Below, piece by piece: positions 18,472 to 28,173 of a stretch of DNA of 64,000 nucleotides. The position numbers and the translations under genes are program-made. The notes beneath the pieces were generated by a model that worked only from the letters and a program-made list of their open reading frames with translations, was not told the DNA's origin and searched no databases. Source of the stretch: a candidate division TM6 bacterium GW2011_GWF2_32_72 (GTDB lineage: Bacteria > Babelota > Babeliae > Babelales > CAIQNR01); assembly GCA_945882015.1 (NCBI GenBank), contig CAMCVM010000001.1, positions 6,888-70,887 of the forward strand. The letters are read 5' to 3'. Every line of letters starts with the position of its first letter. Within the stretch, counting starts at the first letter, position 1.

Positions 18472-20001
18472 TTACTCAACTTCTTTTTTGATTGATTGAT
18501 CTGTTTTTTGTATTACATCTTCAGCCTTTTTTTCTTCTGCTGTTACATTACTCTCAACTGTTTTTACTACTTTTTCAGATGAACCGAATAATCCAAAAAT
18601 GCTTGTACCAAGAGCGCTGATTGTGCTATAGAAAGTCATTGGCAAGCTCGTAATCCATTGAGAAATTTGAGCAATAATTCCAACTCTTTCAGTTGCAACA
18701 TCTTTTTTTTCTTCAGCTTCATGTTTAATTGCAACATGCTTTTTTTCAAGTGCTTCATCTTCTTTTTCAAAAAAATCAGCTTCTTTTTTAAGATCAAGTT
18801 GATCATTTTTCAATACTGCCAAACGTGAAATAATACTTTGAGTATGCTCTTGCACGGATTGTGCCATTTGTTCAAAATAGCTTGTAAATGGCCCTGTCAG
18901 ATACTCATGCACTTTATTAACATCTTGCAAAAGACCTTTAGTATCATAATATTGTTTGCGAGCTTCTTTATCACTTAATTCACGCGCAACATTTTTAAAG
19001 ATTGACCAAGCTTCTTGTTCGTATTTACTACAAATGTCTACTTGTTGCAACACTACTTCAAGTGCCTCATCTATTTTATGATCAAGCTCTACAACAGCTT
19101 TTATATCAACTTTAAGTTGTTCAAGCTGGGTTTGCTTGTCCTTAATTTTATCAAAAAAGATTCTCTCTTTTTTATCCAAAAATCCTTGATCTTTTTTTTC
19201 TTTTTCAATAACTGCAATACCTAAATTAATAATATCTTCAAGTGGTCCTTGCTCAAGCCCTACATGTTGATAAAAACGATCAAGCTCTTTGTCTACTTCG
19301 TTTCTTTTATTAAAAAAAGTCATACGTGTTGTCATAACACGATTAAATGCTTCTTTGATTTGACTATACAATTCTTCAATTTTACGCCACCAATAATTTT
19401 TATACACCCAATTACCACTGGTTGCTTTTGAATCAACAGTATCTCGAAGATCTTTATCTTCTACCTGCCCATCAACTTCATCAACCTGTTGAGTATGGTC
19501 TTCATGTTTTCCTGGCATTATTGGTTGCGATTTTATGGGATTAACTTTTTCTTCTTTTGTTGCTGGCAGAGAGCGTACAACCGAAAGTGGCTTCTGGGTA
19601 TCTTGTAAACTAACTGGTATTACTGTAAAAGGCTGCGTAGGCTGAACAACTGATTCTGATGGGATTACAGCAACAGGCTGATTAACTTGTGGTTCAACCG
19701 GAACTATTACAGCTGATTGCATAGTTTGAGGTTCAACAGTAACAGGAGGATTCGCTGCTGGCAAAATAGAAACAGTTGATTGATTTGATGCAACAGGTTG
19801 CGCCCCAACCACTACTTGTGTTGGCTGGTTTACTTCATCAGCTTTTTCAGGCGGAGTAACCGATACAGCTGCCTGTTGTTCTGGTTGCACTGTGAGAGTA
19901 ACAGGAGTGCCTGCCGTTGTTGACACAGCGCCCAAAAGATTAATTACACTTAAGAAAGAACCTACTCCAACAATGCCAGCTATTATTCTCATTACTTTCA
20001 T
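18472..20001 (-). CDS. hypothetical exported protein with P/V/Q-rich linker and coiled-coil domain
   Basis: Hydrophobic N-terminus, about 150 aa low-complexity region, SGNWVYKNYWW motif, heptad-rich helices, C-terminal hydrophobic stretch; GGGAG RBS before ATG 20001. Confidence 0.8.
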   Translation of the reverse strand: MKVMRIIAGIVGVGSFLSVINLLGAVSTTAGTPVTLTVQPEQQAAVSVTPPEKADEVNQPTQVVVGAQPVASNQSTVSILPAANPPVTVEPQTMQSAVIVPVEPQVNQPVAVIPSESVVQPTQPFTVIPVSLQDTQKPLSVVRSLPATKEEKVNPIKSQPIMPGKHEDHTQQVDEVDGQVEDKDLRDTVDSKATSGNWVYKNYWWRKIEELYSQIKEAFNRVMTTRMTFFNKRNEVDKELDRFYQHVGLEQGPLEDIINLGIAVIEKEKKDQGFLDKKERIFFDKIKDKQTQLEQLKVDIKAVVELDHKIDEALEVVLQQVDICSKYEQEAWSIFKNVARELSDKEARKQYYDTKGLLQDVNKVHEYLTGPFTSYFEQMAQSVQEHTQSIISRLAVLKNDQLDLKKEADFFEKEDEALEKKHVAIKHEAEEKKDVATERVGIIAQISQWITSLPMTFYSTISALGTSIFGLFGSSEKVVKTVESNVTAEEKKAEDVIQKTDQSIKKEVE

Positions 20002-20028
20002 AACAATCACTCCCTATGCATTAAGAAC

Positions 20029-20490
20029 TTACAATACTTCAGCAAGATCTTTCAGCTCTTTTAATAAGCTTTTTGATAACTCTTCAGCTTCCCATGAAGT
20101 GTAGCTCCAGCGAACACCAGAATCAACTTTCATGAGGACTGAACGGTCACTTTTAATGTCGATAATATCAATGCGAACAACATTGATCAATGGATGCACT
20201 TGAGAAGGAGCTCTAACCACTCCGGCACGGCCTAAAACACTGTAAGCAACATTGCCTTCATCAAGGAAACAAAGCATTACTTTTTTTTGCCAAACCATAT
20301 TATGATAACCTGCATGATCTTTATGAATCGACATCAAAAGACCTTCTGAGCCTTTTGGATAAATACACTGAATAGGTGTAGTATGCGGCAGACCTTTTTC
20401 AGAAAAAGTTGCCAATATCGCGACAGTTTTACCTTGTTTTAAAAGATTTGCTAAATCTTCAGGCAATTTAATTCCTACATGTTTTGCCAT
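20029..20490 (-). CDS. pyridoxamine 5'-phosphate oxidase-like split-barrel protein
   Basis: AILATFSEKGLPHTTPI...YHNM...VMLCF...YSVLGRA pattern. Confidence 0.8.
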   Translation of the reverse strand: MAKHVGIKLPEDLANLLKQGKTVAILATFSEKGLPHTTPIQCIYPKGSEGLLMSIHKDHAGYHNMVWQKKVMLCFLDEGNVAYSVLGRAGVVRAPSQVHPLINVVRIDIIDIKSDRSVLMKVDSGVRWSYTSWEAEELSKSLLKELKDLAEVL

Positions 20491-20535
20491 ATCAAAAATT
20501 CCTTATATCTTATTAAATTTTCTAACACTCTATTT

Positions 20536-21690
20536 TTACTGTAGAAGCCTTAATGCGACTTCATTTTCTACCGCTACTACTGATTTATTTAAATACAGAA
20601 TACCGCCACTTTGCTTAACAAGCCCCTCAATTTCAAATTCTTGCATGTTATACATAAAGCGATTTCTTTCTTGGTCAGTCATATCATGAAGAACATCACT
20701 AATTACTAATCCTTTCATTCTCCTTAATCCTAACATTACTTTTTCAAGACGTATCTGTTCAGGAGTGAGTAATTCTGAAGATGCTTCTATGTCTTTTCCT
20801 TCTTCAAGTAACTTCATATAGTGCATTACATTTTTAATATTTTGCAATCGTCGCTGGCCATCAAACGAACATGAACCTATTCCGAATCCTTTATATGGTT
20901 TTCGCTCCCAATACACTTGATTATGTTGAGCCTGAAAACCTGCTCTAGCAAAGCTAGAAATTTCATATTGCTCTAACCCTGCTTTTGCAAATGCTTCAAC
21001 TGTCCAATAATACAGATCAACAATTGGATCTTCTGGTGGAAGCGTTAATTCATTTTTAACTAACCGAGTATACAACGGTGTATTTTCATGAATTGATAAA
21101 AAATACATTGAAATATGATTAACCGGCCATTGAACAACTTCATGAATCATTGACTTCCACTGTGCCTCTTCAATTCCTGGTAATCCAATAATTAAATCAA
21201 CTGATAAAGCATCAAATTCATGCTGAGCCCAATTAATTAATTGGTACACATCACTTACTTTCTGATGACGATTAAGTTTTCTTAACACTTCATCGTCCAA
21301 GCTTTGCACTCCAATACTTAAACGGGTAATGCCTGCTTCTTTCCACACTGCAAGCTGCTCTTTTTGAACAGTACCGGGATTAGCCTCAAGGGTAATTTCA
21401 GAGATCTTACTTAAATCAAATGTATCTCTTAGTATACCAAACATGTCAAGTAGCAGTTCATTTGGCCAGGTACTTGGAGTCCCACCACCTAAATAAATGG
21501 TCTCTAGTGGGCCTAAAGGAGCTGTTTTTTGAGCAAAAGTAATAATTTCTTTCATCAAAGCTTTATGATATTGCCCCATTAAATGGTCTTGGCCAGAAAT
21601 GGCCACGAATGGACAAAAATGGCAACGATAAGGACAAAATGGCCAATGGATATAAAATGACCGAGTATCAACAGCACAATTATATTCCAC
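20536..21690 (-). CDS. hemW: radical SAM heme chaperone HemW (HemN-like)
   Basis: YIHWPFCPYRCHFC, YLGGGTPS, EITLEANP, RLSIGVQS, YEISSF, HNQVYW (HNxxYW HemW motif). Confidence 0.92.
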   Translation of the reverse strand: MEYNCAVDTRSFYIHWPFCPYRCHFCPFVAISGQDHLMGQYHKALMKEIITFAQKTAPLGPLETIYLGGGTPSTWPNELLLDMFGILRDTFDLSKISEITLEANPGTVQKEQLAVWKEAGITRLSIGVQSLDDEVLRKLNRHQKVSDVYQLINWAQHEFDALSVDLIIGLPGIEEAQWKSMIHEVVQWPVNHISMYFLSIHENTPLYTRLVKNELTLPPEDPIVDLYYWTVEAFAKAGLEQYEISSFARAGFQAQHNQVYWERKPYKGFGIGSCSFDGQRRLQNIKNVMHYMKLLEEGKDIEASSELLTPEQIRLEKVMLGLRRMKGLVISDVLHDMTDQERNRFMYNMQEFEIEGLVKQSGGILYLNKSVVAVENEVALRLLQ

Positions 21691-21796
21691 AAAGCCCCTT
21701 TAAAAACTATTTTGATTATGAACTGTTAATAATACCCCAGTTTAACCAGAGCATCAAGCAAAACCATGAATAAGCCTTAAGACAAAGTCTTTTTTT

Positions 21797-21807
21797 TGTG
21801 ATAGAAT
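21797..21807 (+). promoter_or_regulatory. extended -10 promoter element
   Basis: TGTGATAGAAT (TGn-TAGAAT) about 33 nt upstream of the 21840 ATG; GGAGG RBS. Confidence 0.45.
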
Positions 21808-21839
21808 GAAACTCTATAAACTTATAACTGGAGGTTATT

Positions 21840-22439
21840 ATGCTTAATTTCAATAAGTTCATTTTAATCATTGCAAGCTTAATATTTTCTAATACTGAAT
21901 TAATTCAAGCAGGCGGATCTTTTTCAAAAGGATTTTCGAGTCAGAAAGAAGATGATGAAAGAGAAAGACAACAAGAAGCTGAATTAGAGGCTCAAAGAGC
22001 AGCAAGTGCTCAAAGAAAAGCTGAATTAAATAGAAAAAAAGATCTAAAAACTCTTGATCAAGACAATCGTAAAAAAGCAGCAATTGAAGCTTTAAAAGCA
22101 TTGCCAGAAATGCAAAGAAAGTACTTAGAAAAATTCCCTGCTCCTGAAAATGATGTCGAACTTAGAGCATCAATTAAAAATGGCTTTAAATTAGCTTGGC
22201 AGGAATATTACACACAATTGACTATAAGAACATTTTTTGCTGAAAAAAAATATACCGGTCTTGGTTCTGATCAAACACTTACACAAAAAGAAAACGAAGT
22301 CGCAGAACGATGTGGAAGAGTTGCTGCTGAACTGTTTCTTCGTGGGAAAAAGCAGGATGATACTTCTACTCAAGAAATACAAGCAATCTATGCACAAATA
22401 CTAAAAGCTGACAGAGATGCTTTGCAACGTAAAAGCTAA
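21840..22439 (+). CDS. hypothetical exported protein, candidate effector
   Basis: Signal peptide ending LIQA, mature N-terminus GGSFSK, charged coiled coil; GGAGG RBS. Confidence 0.82.
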   Translation: MLNFNKFILIIASLIFSNTELIQAGGSFSKGFSSQKEDDERERQQEAELEAQRAASAQRKAELNRKKDLKTLDQDNRKKAAIEALKALPEMQRKYLEKFPAPENDVELRASIKNGFKLAWQEYYTQLTIRTFFAEKKYTGLGSDQTLTQKENEVAERCGRVAAELFLRGKKQDDTSTQEIQAIYAQILKADRDALQRKS

Positions 22440-22450
22440 ACCTTTTACGT

Positions 22451-22945
22451 TTAATGTAAATCCTGAATTTTCGTTATATCGATTAACGCAATTGCTTTTT
22501 CAATCGCATCAACTATTTGTTGCTGGGCTGCTTGCTGTTGTGCGAATTTTATTAAAACAACATCATTAAAAAGCTCTTTAATTGCTTGCTTTGTAGCGGT
22601 ATCAAAACAACTATTATCTTCTAATGCGCCTATAAATTGATCATCGGTTAATGCAACTAATGGTACAGCGTAACGGGTTTGCAAGTACTGTTTCACAATT
22701 ATTGTAATTGCTGCATAAACAACTGCAGGATCTTGAATATTTTGTTTTTTAAGTTGTTGTAAATGATCGATAGCAATTTGCCAACATGGAATCTCAATTG
22801 GTTTTGTTTGTTTTTTATATAACCAATACCCAACTATTGCTATTAAACTCAAACAAACAATAACTACTAAAACAACAAACCAGGTTTCTTTCCAGAATGG
22901 CTGGTAATAAACATCGTAAATATCTTTAATTTCGATTGATTCCAT
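22451..22945 (-). CDS. single-TM MoxR/Bat-associated protein (DUF4381/BatD-like)
   Basis: IKDI...TM helix...IVKQYLQTRY...LTDDQF...IKFA pattern; follows DUF58. Confidence 0.75.
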   Translation of the reverse strand: MESIEIKDIYDVYYQPFWKETWFVVLVVIVCLSLIAIVGYWLYKKQTKPIEIPCWQIAIDHLQQLKKQNIQDPAVVYAAITIIVKQYLQTRYAVPLVALTDDQFIGALEDNSCFDTATKQAIKELFNDVVLIKFAQQQAAQQQIVDAIEKAIALIDITKIQDLH

Positions 22946-22962
22946 ATAATTGACCCTTTTGC

Positions 22963-23823
22963 TTAATACATCATGCGACGTTTAAAAAAACGAATAATAT
23001 CGGGAATAAAAGGACGATTTGTTTGAATATCAATAAGTTCAACTCCGCAAGCTCTTAAATTTGCTGCTACTGCTTGCTGCTCTTGTTGTAAAAAATTATG
23101 TAATGGCTGCGCACTGGTTTTGATTGTTACTTGCTGATGAGTTTCAGGATCTTTTATGGTTAAAAATGCTGCTACATTAAAATGAGTCTCTAACTGATCT
23201 AAACAGCGTATTGCAATAACATCAAATTTCCGTGCTGCAATTTTTAAAAGATTTTCATAACCGGTATCAAAAAAATCAGAAAGTATAAAAACAATAGCAT
23301 CTTTTTTCTGCATGGCTATCAAACGTTCTAATGCATTTTTTAATGAGGTTTTGCCTGAAGGTTGGTTACTAAAAAAAGATTCCATTAAGCTGTGAACATG
23401 TTTTCTACCTGAGCGTGGAGGTATCACTTGTTTTACTTGGTCAGCAAATAAAAGCGCCCCAACATGATCTTTTCCATAATCAGCAACAAGCGCCAAAACA
23501 CTTGCCACTTGAGCAATAACATCTGATTTTAAATAAATTTCAGAACTATAAAAGGTAGAAGCTGATTGATCGACTAACAAGATAATAGTTCGATTGCGTT
23601 CTTCAATGTACTGCTTGACTAAAACTTTACTAGTCCGAGCTGAAGCATTCCAATCAATAAAACGAACATCGTCCCCTAGTTGGTACTCTCGTAGTTGATC
23701 AAATTCTAGCCCAGAACCTTTTTGAGCGGAGCTATAATCACCAACTTGTGTACCACTTAAAAGACGACGCGTTTGAATTTCAATCTGTTTTATTTTATTA
23801 AGGACTTCTTGAGTAAGCTTCAT
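22963..23823 (-). CDS. DUF58 domain (vWA-like) protein
   Basis: GSGLEFDQLREYQLGDDVRFIDWNASAR, VKQYIEER, VDQSAS, LSDF. Confidence 0.93.
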   Translation of the reverse strand: MKLTQEVLNKIKQIEIQTRRLLSGTQVGDYSSAQKGSGLEFDQLREYQLGDDVRFIDWNASARTSKVLVKQYIEERNRTIILLVDQSASTFYSSEIYLKSDVIAQVASVLALVADYGKDHVGALLFADQVKQVIPPRSGRKHVHSLMESFFSNQPSGKTSLKNALERLIAMQKKDAIVFILSDFFDTGYENLLKIAARKFDVIAIRCLDQLETHFNVAAFLTIKDPETHQQVTIKTSAQPLHNFLQQEQQAVAANLRACGVELIDIQTNRPFIPDIIRFFKRRMMY

Positions 23824-23835
23824 GTACTCCTTTCT

Positions 23836-25068
23836 CTACCACAATTCTTTTTTAAGCACCTCAGGCAATTCAATGGTACCATCTTCTTTTTGATACGTTT
23901 CCATCAAAGCAACCATCAAGCGGGGTAATGCTAATGATGATGCATTTAATGTGTGCACATACTGTGTTTTTTCAGTTGCATTGGCACGATATCTAATTTT
24001 ACCACGACGCGCTTGAAAGTCTGAACAGTTACTTGCAGAAGACACTTCATAGTATTGTTTTTGTCCCGGCAACCATACTTCAATATCGTATGTTTTTGAA
24101 GACTGAAATGAACAATCTTGTGCTGCCAATAAACTTACTCGATAATGTAAACCAAGCGCTTGTAAAATTTCTTCGGCACAATTGACCATCATTTCCAATT
24201 CTTGCCCTGATTTTTCTGGCTCACAAATTGAAAACAGTTCAACTTTTTCAAATTGATGAATACGAATCAAACCCCGTTCATTTTTACCATAGTTACCCGC
24301 TTCACGTCTAAAGCAGCTGGTCCAAGAAGTTAAACGAATCGGTAATTGATCAACCGGTAAAATTTCATTGCGATATAAATTTGCAAGTGCAACTTCAGAT
24401 GTTGGGATTAAATACAGACCATCTTGCGAAACTGCAAAAACATCATCTTTAAATTTTGGAAAGTTACCTGAAATGGTTAATGTTTCGTCATTGACTAACG
24501 CTGGTGGCAGCGTTACTTCAAAGCCATGTCTACTATTATGCTTAACCATAAACATTGCAAGCGCATAGACTAACTTTGCTGCTTGTCCACGATAAAAAAC
24601 AAAATTAGAAGCTGCCATAGTTGCTGCAGCCTCAAGATTAAACCAATTATTAATCTGTCCTAATTCTAAATGGTGTTTTGGCTCAAAAGAAAATACTGGT
24701 TTTTGGCTATATTCTCTTACCACTACATTTTCGGCTTTGTTACCTTCTGGAACTTCATCAAACGGCAAATTAGGGCACGTTAATTCTAATTTTTTCAAAG
24801 CTAGCTCAGCTACTTCAAGTTGTGCTTCTTGCTCTTTTAAAAGCTTGCCCACTTCAATTGAACGGTCTCTTAAAACTTGTGTTACTCCACCTTTTGCTTG
24901 TTGCGCTAAATCATTTTTTTCTTTGCGCAACAGTTCAACTGAGACCAAAAGTGCTCGTACTTGCTCGTCGAGCTTAAGTAATTGTTCAATAGGAAACGCC
25001 GGATCTTTTTTTTGTATTTTAGCCCCAATTTTAACAGGGTCCTGACGAAGTAGCAATTTATCTATCAT
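23836..25068 (-). CDS. serS: serine--tRNA ligase
   Basis: LIPTSEV, CFRREAG, GLIRIHQFEKVE, YDIEVWLPG, EVSSASNC, HTLNAS. Confidence 0.98.
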   Translation of the reverse strand: MIDKLLLRQDPVKIGAKIQKKDPAFPIEQLLKLDEQVRALLVSVELLRKEKNDLAQQAKGGVTQVLRDRSIEVGKLLKEQEAQLEVAELALKKLELTCPNLPFDEVPEGNKAENVVVREYSQKPVFSFEPKHHLELGQINNWFNLEAAATMAASNFVFYRGQAAKLVYALAMFMVKHNSRHGFEVTLPPALVNDETLTISGNFPKFKDDVFAVSQDGLYLIPTSEVALANLYRNEILPVDQLPIRLTSWTSCFRREAGNYGKNERGLIRIHQFEKVELFSICEPEKSGQELEMMVNCAEEILQALGLHYRVSLLAAQDCSFQSSKTYDIEVWLPGQKQYYEVSSASNCSDFQARRGKIRYRANATEKTQYVHTLNASSLALPRLMVALMETYQKEDGTIELPEVLKKELW

Positions 25069-25282
25069 GAATGTATATCCAATAGTAAAGAGTATAATTT
25101 TACTTCTTAAAATACCTTATTTTAACAACAATTAAAAGTTTCCATTAAATGAGCTTAATAAGAAAATAATCAATAAAATTCTCTATTTATAAAAAAAAAG
25201 AAATATTTGAATAATAATTTTTTCCTGTTAATATTTACAACTGAAATAAGTAAAATTATATTAATCAATAAATAATAAAAAC

Positions 25283-26101
25283 ATGAAAAAAAATCTATTA
25301 ATCACATTCTTCTTGACAGCAATTATCACTCATTTTCCTCTGTATTGTGCTACACCTCAAAATCTTTCTATAGAAGCTAGGCGGGCAAGGTTGCTAGCTA
25401 TAAATCCTCACCAGGCAGTCCCTATGCCTGTTTCTGCAGCTCAACCTGCTCATACTCAACCTGTTCTTAAAGCTGCTCCTTCAGTTCAACTTCCTCCAGT
25501 TCAAGGTTTTCCTTCAGTTCAGCCTATTCCTGCAGCTCCTCAACATATTCTTGCAGTTCAAGCTGCTCGTCCTGAAGAACTACCTCTAAAAGTTTTTTTT
25601 GCAAAAGAAGATTATGAAGCGTGGCAAAAGCTTGAGCAATACTTAAAAGAACTAGAAAGAAGATTTCCATTTAATAATCATCAAATTAGTGAAATAATTA
25701 AACAATTTGCGTGGGCCAAAAAGGATTGCGTTTTAACATTCTATCTAAAACGCCAAACAGAAAAAAATAATCCCGATGCCGATCAAGCACTTGATAAAGC
25801 TATAGGTATGTTTAATAAGTTTAGAAGAGCGGTTGATCAAGGTAAAGAAGGTGTACCTAATATTATAGATCCAATAGAAAAATATCTGGGTGACACTCAT
25901 TACTATAAAAATGTTTTAGTTCCTGGAAACACACCTCCAGCGACACAGTCTGGTGTTATATGTCATTTTTGCGCAAAAGTTTTTAATCGTGATTATATGC
26001 TAAAAAGGCATGTGAGGAACTCTCATCAGGTTGAAGAGGCTCATAAAAAAGACTTAGCAAATAAAACAACCAGCGGTGATATTACAGTTTCAAAAATCTA
26101 A
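25283..26101 (+). CDS. exported protein with Pro/Gln-rich region and C-terminal C2H2 zinc finger
   Basis: Signal peptide MKKNLLITFFLTAIITHFPLYC; CHFCAKVFNRDYMLKRHVRNSH matches C-x2-C-x3-F-x5-L-x2-H-x4-H. Confidence 0.85.
   Translation: MKKNLLITFFLTAIITHFPLYCATPQNLSIEARRARLLAINPHQAVPMPVSAAQPAHTQPVLKAAPSVQLPPVQGFPSVQPIPAAPQHILAVQAARPEELPLKVFFAKEDYEAWQKLEQYLKELERRFPFNNHQISEIIKQFAWAKKDCVLTFYLKRQTEKNNPDADQALDKAIGMFNKFRRAVDQGKEGVPNIIDPIEKYLGDTHYYKNVLVPGNTPPATQSGVICHFCAKVFNRDYMLKRHVRNSHQVEEAHKKDLANKTTSGDITVSKI
25430..25572 (+). repeat. degenerate tandem repeat of about 18 nt encoding P/Q/A/V hexapeptides
   Basis: Recurring cagttcaa/cagctcaa...ttcct units (PSVQLP PVQGFP SVQPIP). Confidence 0.6.
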
Positions 26102-26218
26102 CAATCTTATAGTTTACATAAGAGAATAATAAGGTCGCGGTAAGCTTAATTATACAAATAGTTATTAATCGCATTACTGTAAAACTATGCAGAATAAGAA
26201 AATATAAAAAAGAACATA

Positions 26219-26252
26219 AAAAAAGAAGGCATTTTAAAATGCCTTCTTTTTT
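26219..26252. terminator. bidirectional terminator downstream of HU
   Basis: Perfect palindrome AAAAAAGAAGGCATTTT|AAAATGCCTTCTTTTTT. Confidence 0.8.
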
Positions 26253-26271
26253 ATTGCAATCAATCTATAGA

Positions 26272-26550
26272 TTAAACAGATTTGATTAATTCACGTAAAT
26301 GCTTACCCGCTTTAAAACGAGGAACGTTTACTGCTTCAAGATCAATCCGTTCTTTTGTTGAAGGATTAATTCCCTTGCGAGCTGGACGACGTGATACCCA
26401 ATAGGTACCAAATCCTGTGATAGCAACTTTATCGCCACGTCTTAGAGTGCGTTCGATAATACAAATCAAAGAGTCTAATACACGAGAAACATCTTTTTTG
26501 CTAAAAGTTGTTTCTTCACTTAAAGAGTTTATCAATTCACTTTTATTCAT
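26272..26550 (-). CDS. hup: DNA-binding protein HU
   Basis: MNKSELI...ITGFGT...RPARKGINPST...VPRFKAGKHL. Confidence 0.96.
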   Translation of the reverse strand: MNKSELINSLSEETTFSKKDVSRVLDSLICIIERTLRRGDKVAITGFGTYWVSRRPARKGINPSTKERIDLEAVNVPRFKAGKHLRELIKSV

Positions 26551-26863
26551 TGATTCTCCTCACACGGTTTAAAGGTTAAAAATACTGCAGCTTCATTATG
26601 CACTATCTTTTTTATAATTTTTTATCATTGACACTTACCTTAAGATAAGCGTTAAAAAAATGTCAATAATAACTAATTATTTACAAAAAAATTATTTTGT
26701 TTTTTTGGCCAAGTGAATTTTATAACATGCCCTGTTTTATTTTGCAAGCACTGACTCATAAAAGGTTTACTTAAAAATTATTACAGTAAAACTGACTGGC
26801 AAGTAAACTTTACTTGCTTTACAAGTTCAGTGTACACTTTATTCCATACTTTAAAGGATTTTT

Positions 26864-27670
26864 ATGAAACTTATCGATACGCATTGTCATATTAACACCA
26901 TTATTAAAAAAAATTTTGATACTCCCTTGCCTGATAATTTTATTGAACTTGCGCAACCAATCATTCAGCAAGCACACAGTGCTGGTGTTACAAAGATTAT
27001 TAATGTGGGAACCAGTTTGCCCGAAAGTTTAAATTGTGTTCAGTTGGCAAAAGCTTTTAGCAAATGTTATGCAACTCTTGGCATTCACCCCAATGACGTT
27101 AAAAGTGGATGGCAAGAAGAACTAGAAACTTTTAAAAAGCTTTTAGAAGATAGTTCAAATAAAATAGTAGGAATTGGAGAAATTGGACTTGATTACCATT
27201 ACCCTGACTTTAACAAAAATTTGCAATATGATGCCTTTAAAGGACAAATAGAATTGGCCCTTGAATACAATTTACCGATTGTTATTCATACTCGTGATGC
27301 ACAACAAGAAGTGCTTGATGTCCTTGAACAGTACAAAGGTAATAAGTTACGCGGCATTATTCATTGCTTTTCTGAGGATCAAGCATTTGCAGATCGCGCA
27401 ATTGCTCTTAATTTTGTTTTAGGAATTGGTGGCACATTGACCTATCCTAAAAATAAAATATTACGAACTCTTTTTGGATCAATTGCTCTTGAATCTGTTG
27501 TTCTTGAAACTGATGCGCCATTTTTGCCGCCACAAATCATTCGAGGCAAACCAAATAGTCCAGCACAGATTAAAACGATTGCTGAATTTTTAGCAGCATT
27601 ACGTAATCAGCCCATTGCAGCAATTGCAGAGCAAACTACTAAAAATGCAGAAAAACTATTTGGGATTTAA
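26864..27670 (+). CDS. tatD: TatD-family hydrolase
   Basis: IDTHCH, GIHP, IGEIGLDY, IHTRDA, HCFS, LETDAPFL. Confidence 0.96.
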   Translation: MKLIDTHCHINTIIKKNFDTPLPDNFIELAQPIIQQAHSAGVTKIINVGTSLPESLNCVQLAKAFSKCYATLGIHPNDVKSGWQEELETFKKLLEDSSNKIVGIGEIGLDYHYPDFNKNLQYDAFKGQIELALEYNLPIVIHTRDAQQEVLDVLEQYKGNKLRGIIHCFSEDQAFADRAIALNFVLGIGGTLTYPKNKILRTLFGSIALESVVLETDAPFLPPQIIRGKPNSPAQIKTIAEFLAALRNQPIAAIAEQTTKNAEKLFGI

Positions 27671-27673
27671 ACA

Positions 27674-27709
27674 ATGAAAAGGCGATTGTTTTCACTTTCG
27701 CCTTTTCAT
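27674..27709. terminator. bidirectional terminator between convergent genes
   Basis: ATGAAAAGGCGA...TCGCCTTTTCAT 12-bp inverted repeat. Confidence 0.7.
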
Positions 27710-27729
27710 AACTACTTTGTATTAAAGAC

Positions 27730-27933
27730 TTAGTAGCCCATATGAACAAGCATTAAGCCAATTACATGATAAATAACTACAAAAAGTACGCCTTCTAAAG
27801 CTACAATTTTTGCAATTTTGTTAACTTTTTCTTGTTGATAGCCACAACGCCATCCAAGAATTACCCCTACATAAATAACCCACATAACACCCATAATCAT
27901 CAATGCTTTTTGAGTTAATAGTTCTTGTAACAT
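27730..27933 (-). CDS. small 2-TM hypothetical protein
   Basis: AAGGAG RBS; two hydrophobic helices. Confidence 0.7.
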   Translation of the reverse strand: MLQELLTQKALMIMGVMWVIYVGVILGWRCGYQQEKVNKIAKIVALEGVLFVVIYHVIGLMLVHMGY

Positions 27934-27963
27934 TATCTACTCCTTGTAAAAAGAATCACTGTT

Positions 27964-28173
27964 TTAACGACACACAATTATCAAAAATTTTTTACAAAAG
28001 GGCCATACAAATGCTATGCAAATGGCGCTGGCAAGTAACAACATGCTTAAAGCCCGTAAAGAACTGCCAACTGTTTTTTTATTCCATCCTTCGTAAATAT
28101 ACCAGGCAAACGGAACAACCAAAGCAGCAAATCCTACAAAGCCTGCTATTAAAGAAATAGTACACAGCATCAT
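27964..28173 (-). CDS. small 2-TM hypothetical protein
   Basis: Two hydrophobic helices; ATGA overlap with the upstream gene. Confidence 0.6.
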   Translation of the reverse strand: MMLCTISLIAGFVGFAALVVPFAWYIYEGWNKKTVGSSLRALSMLLLASAICIAFVWPFCKKFLIIVCR

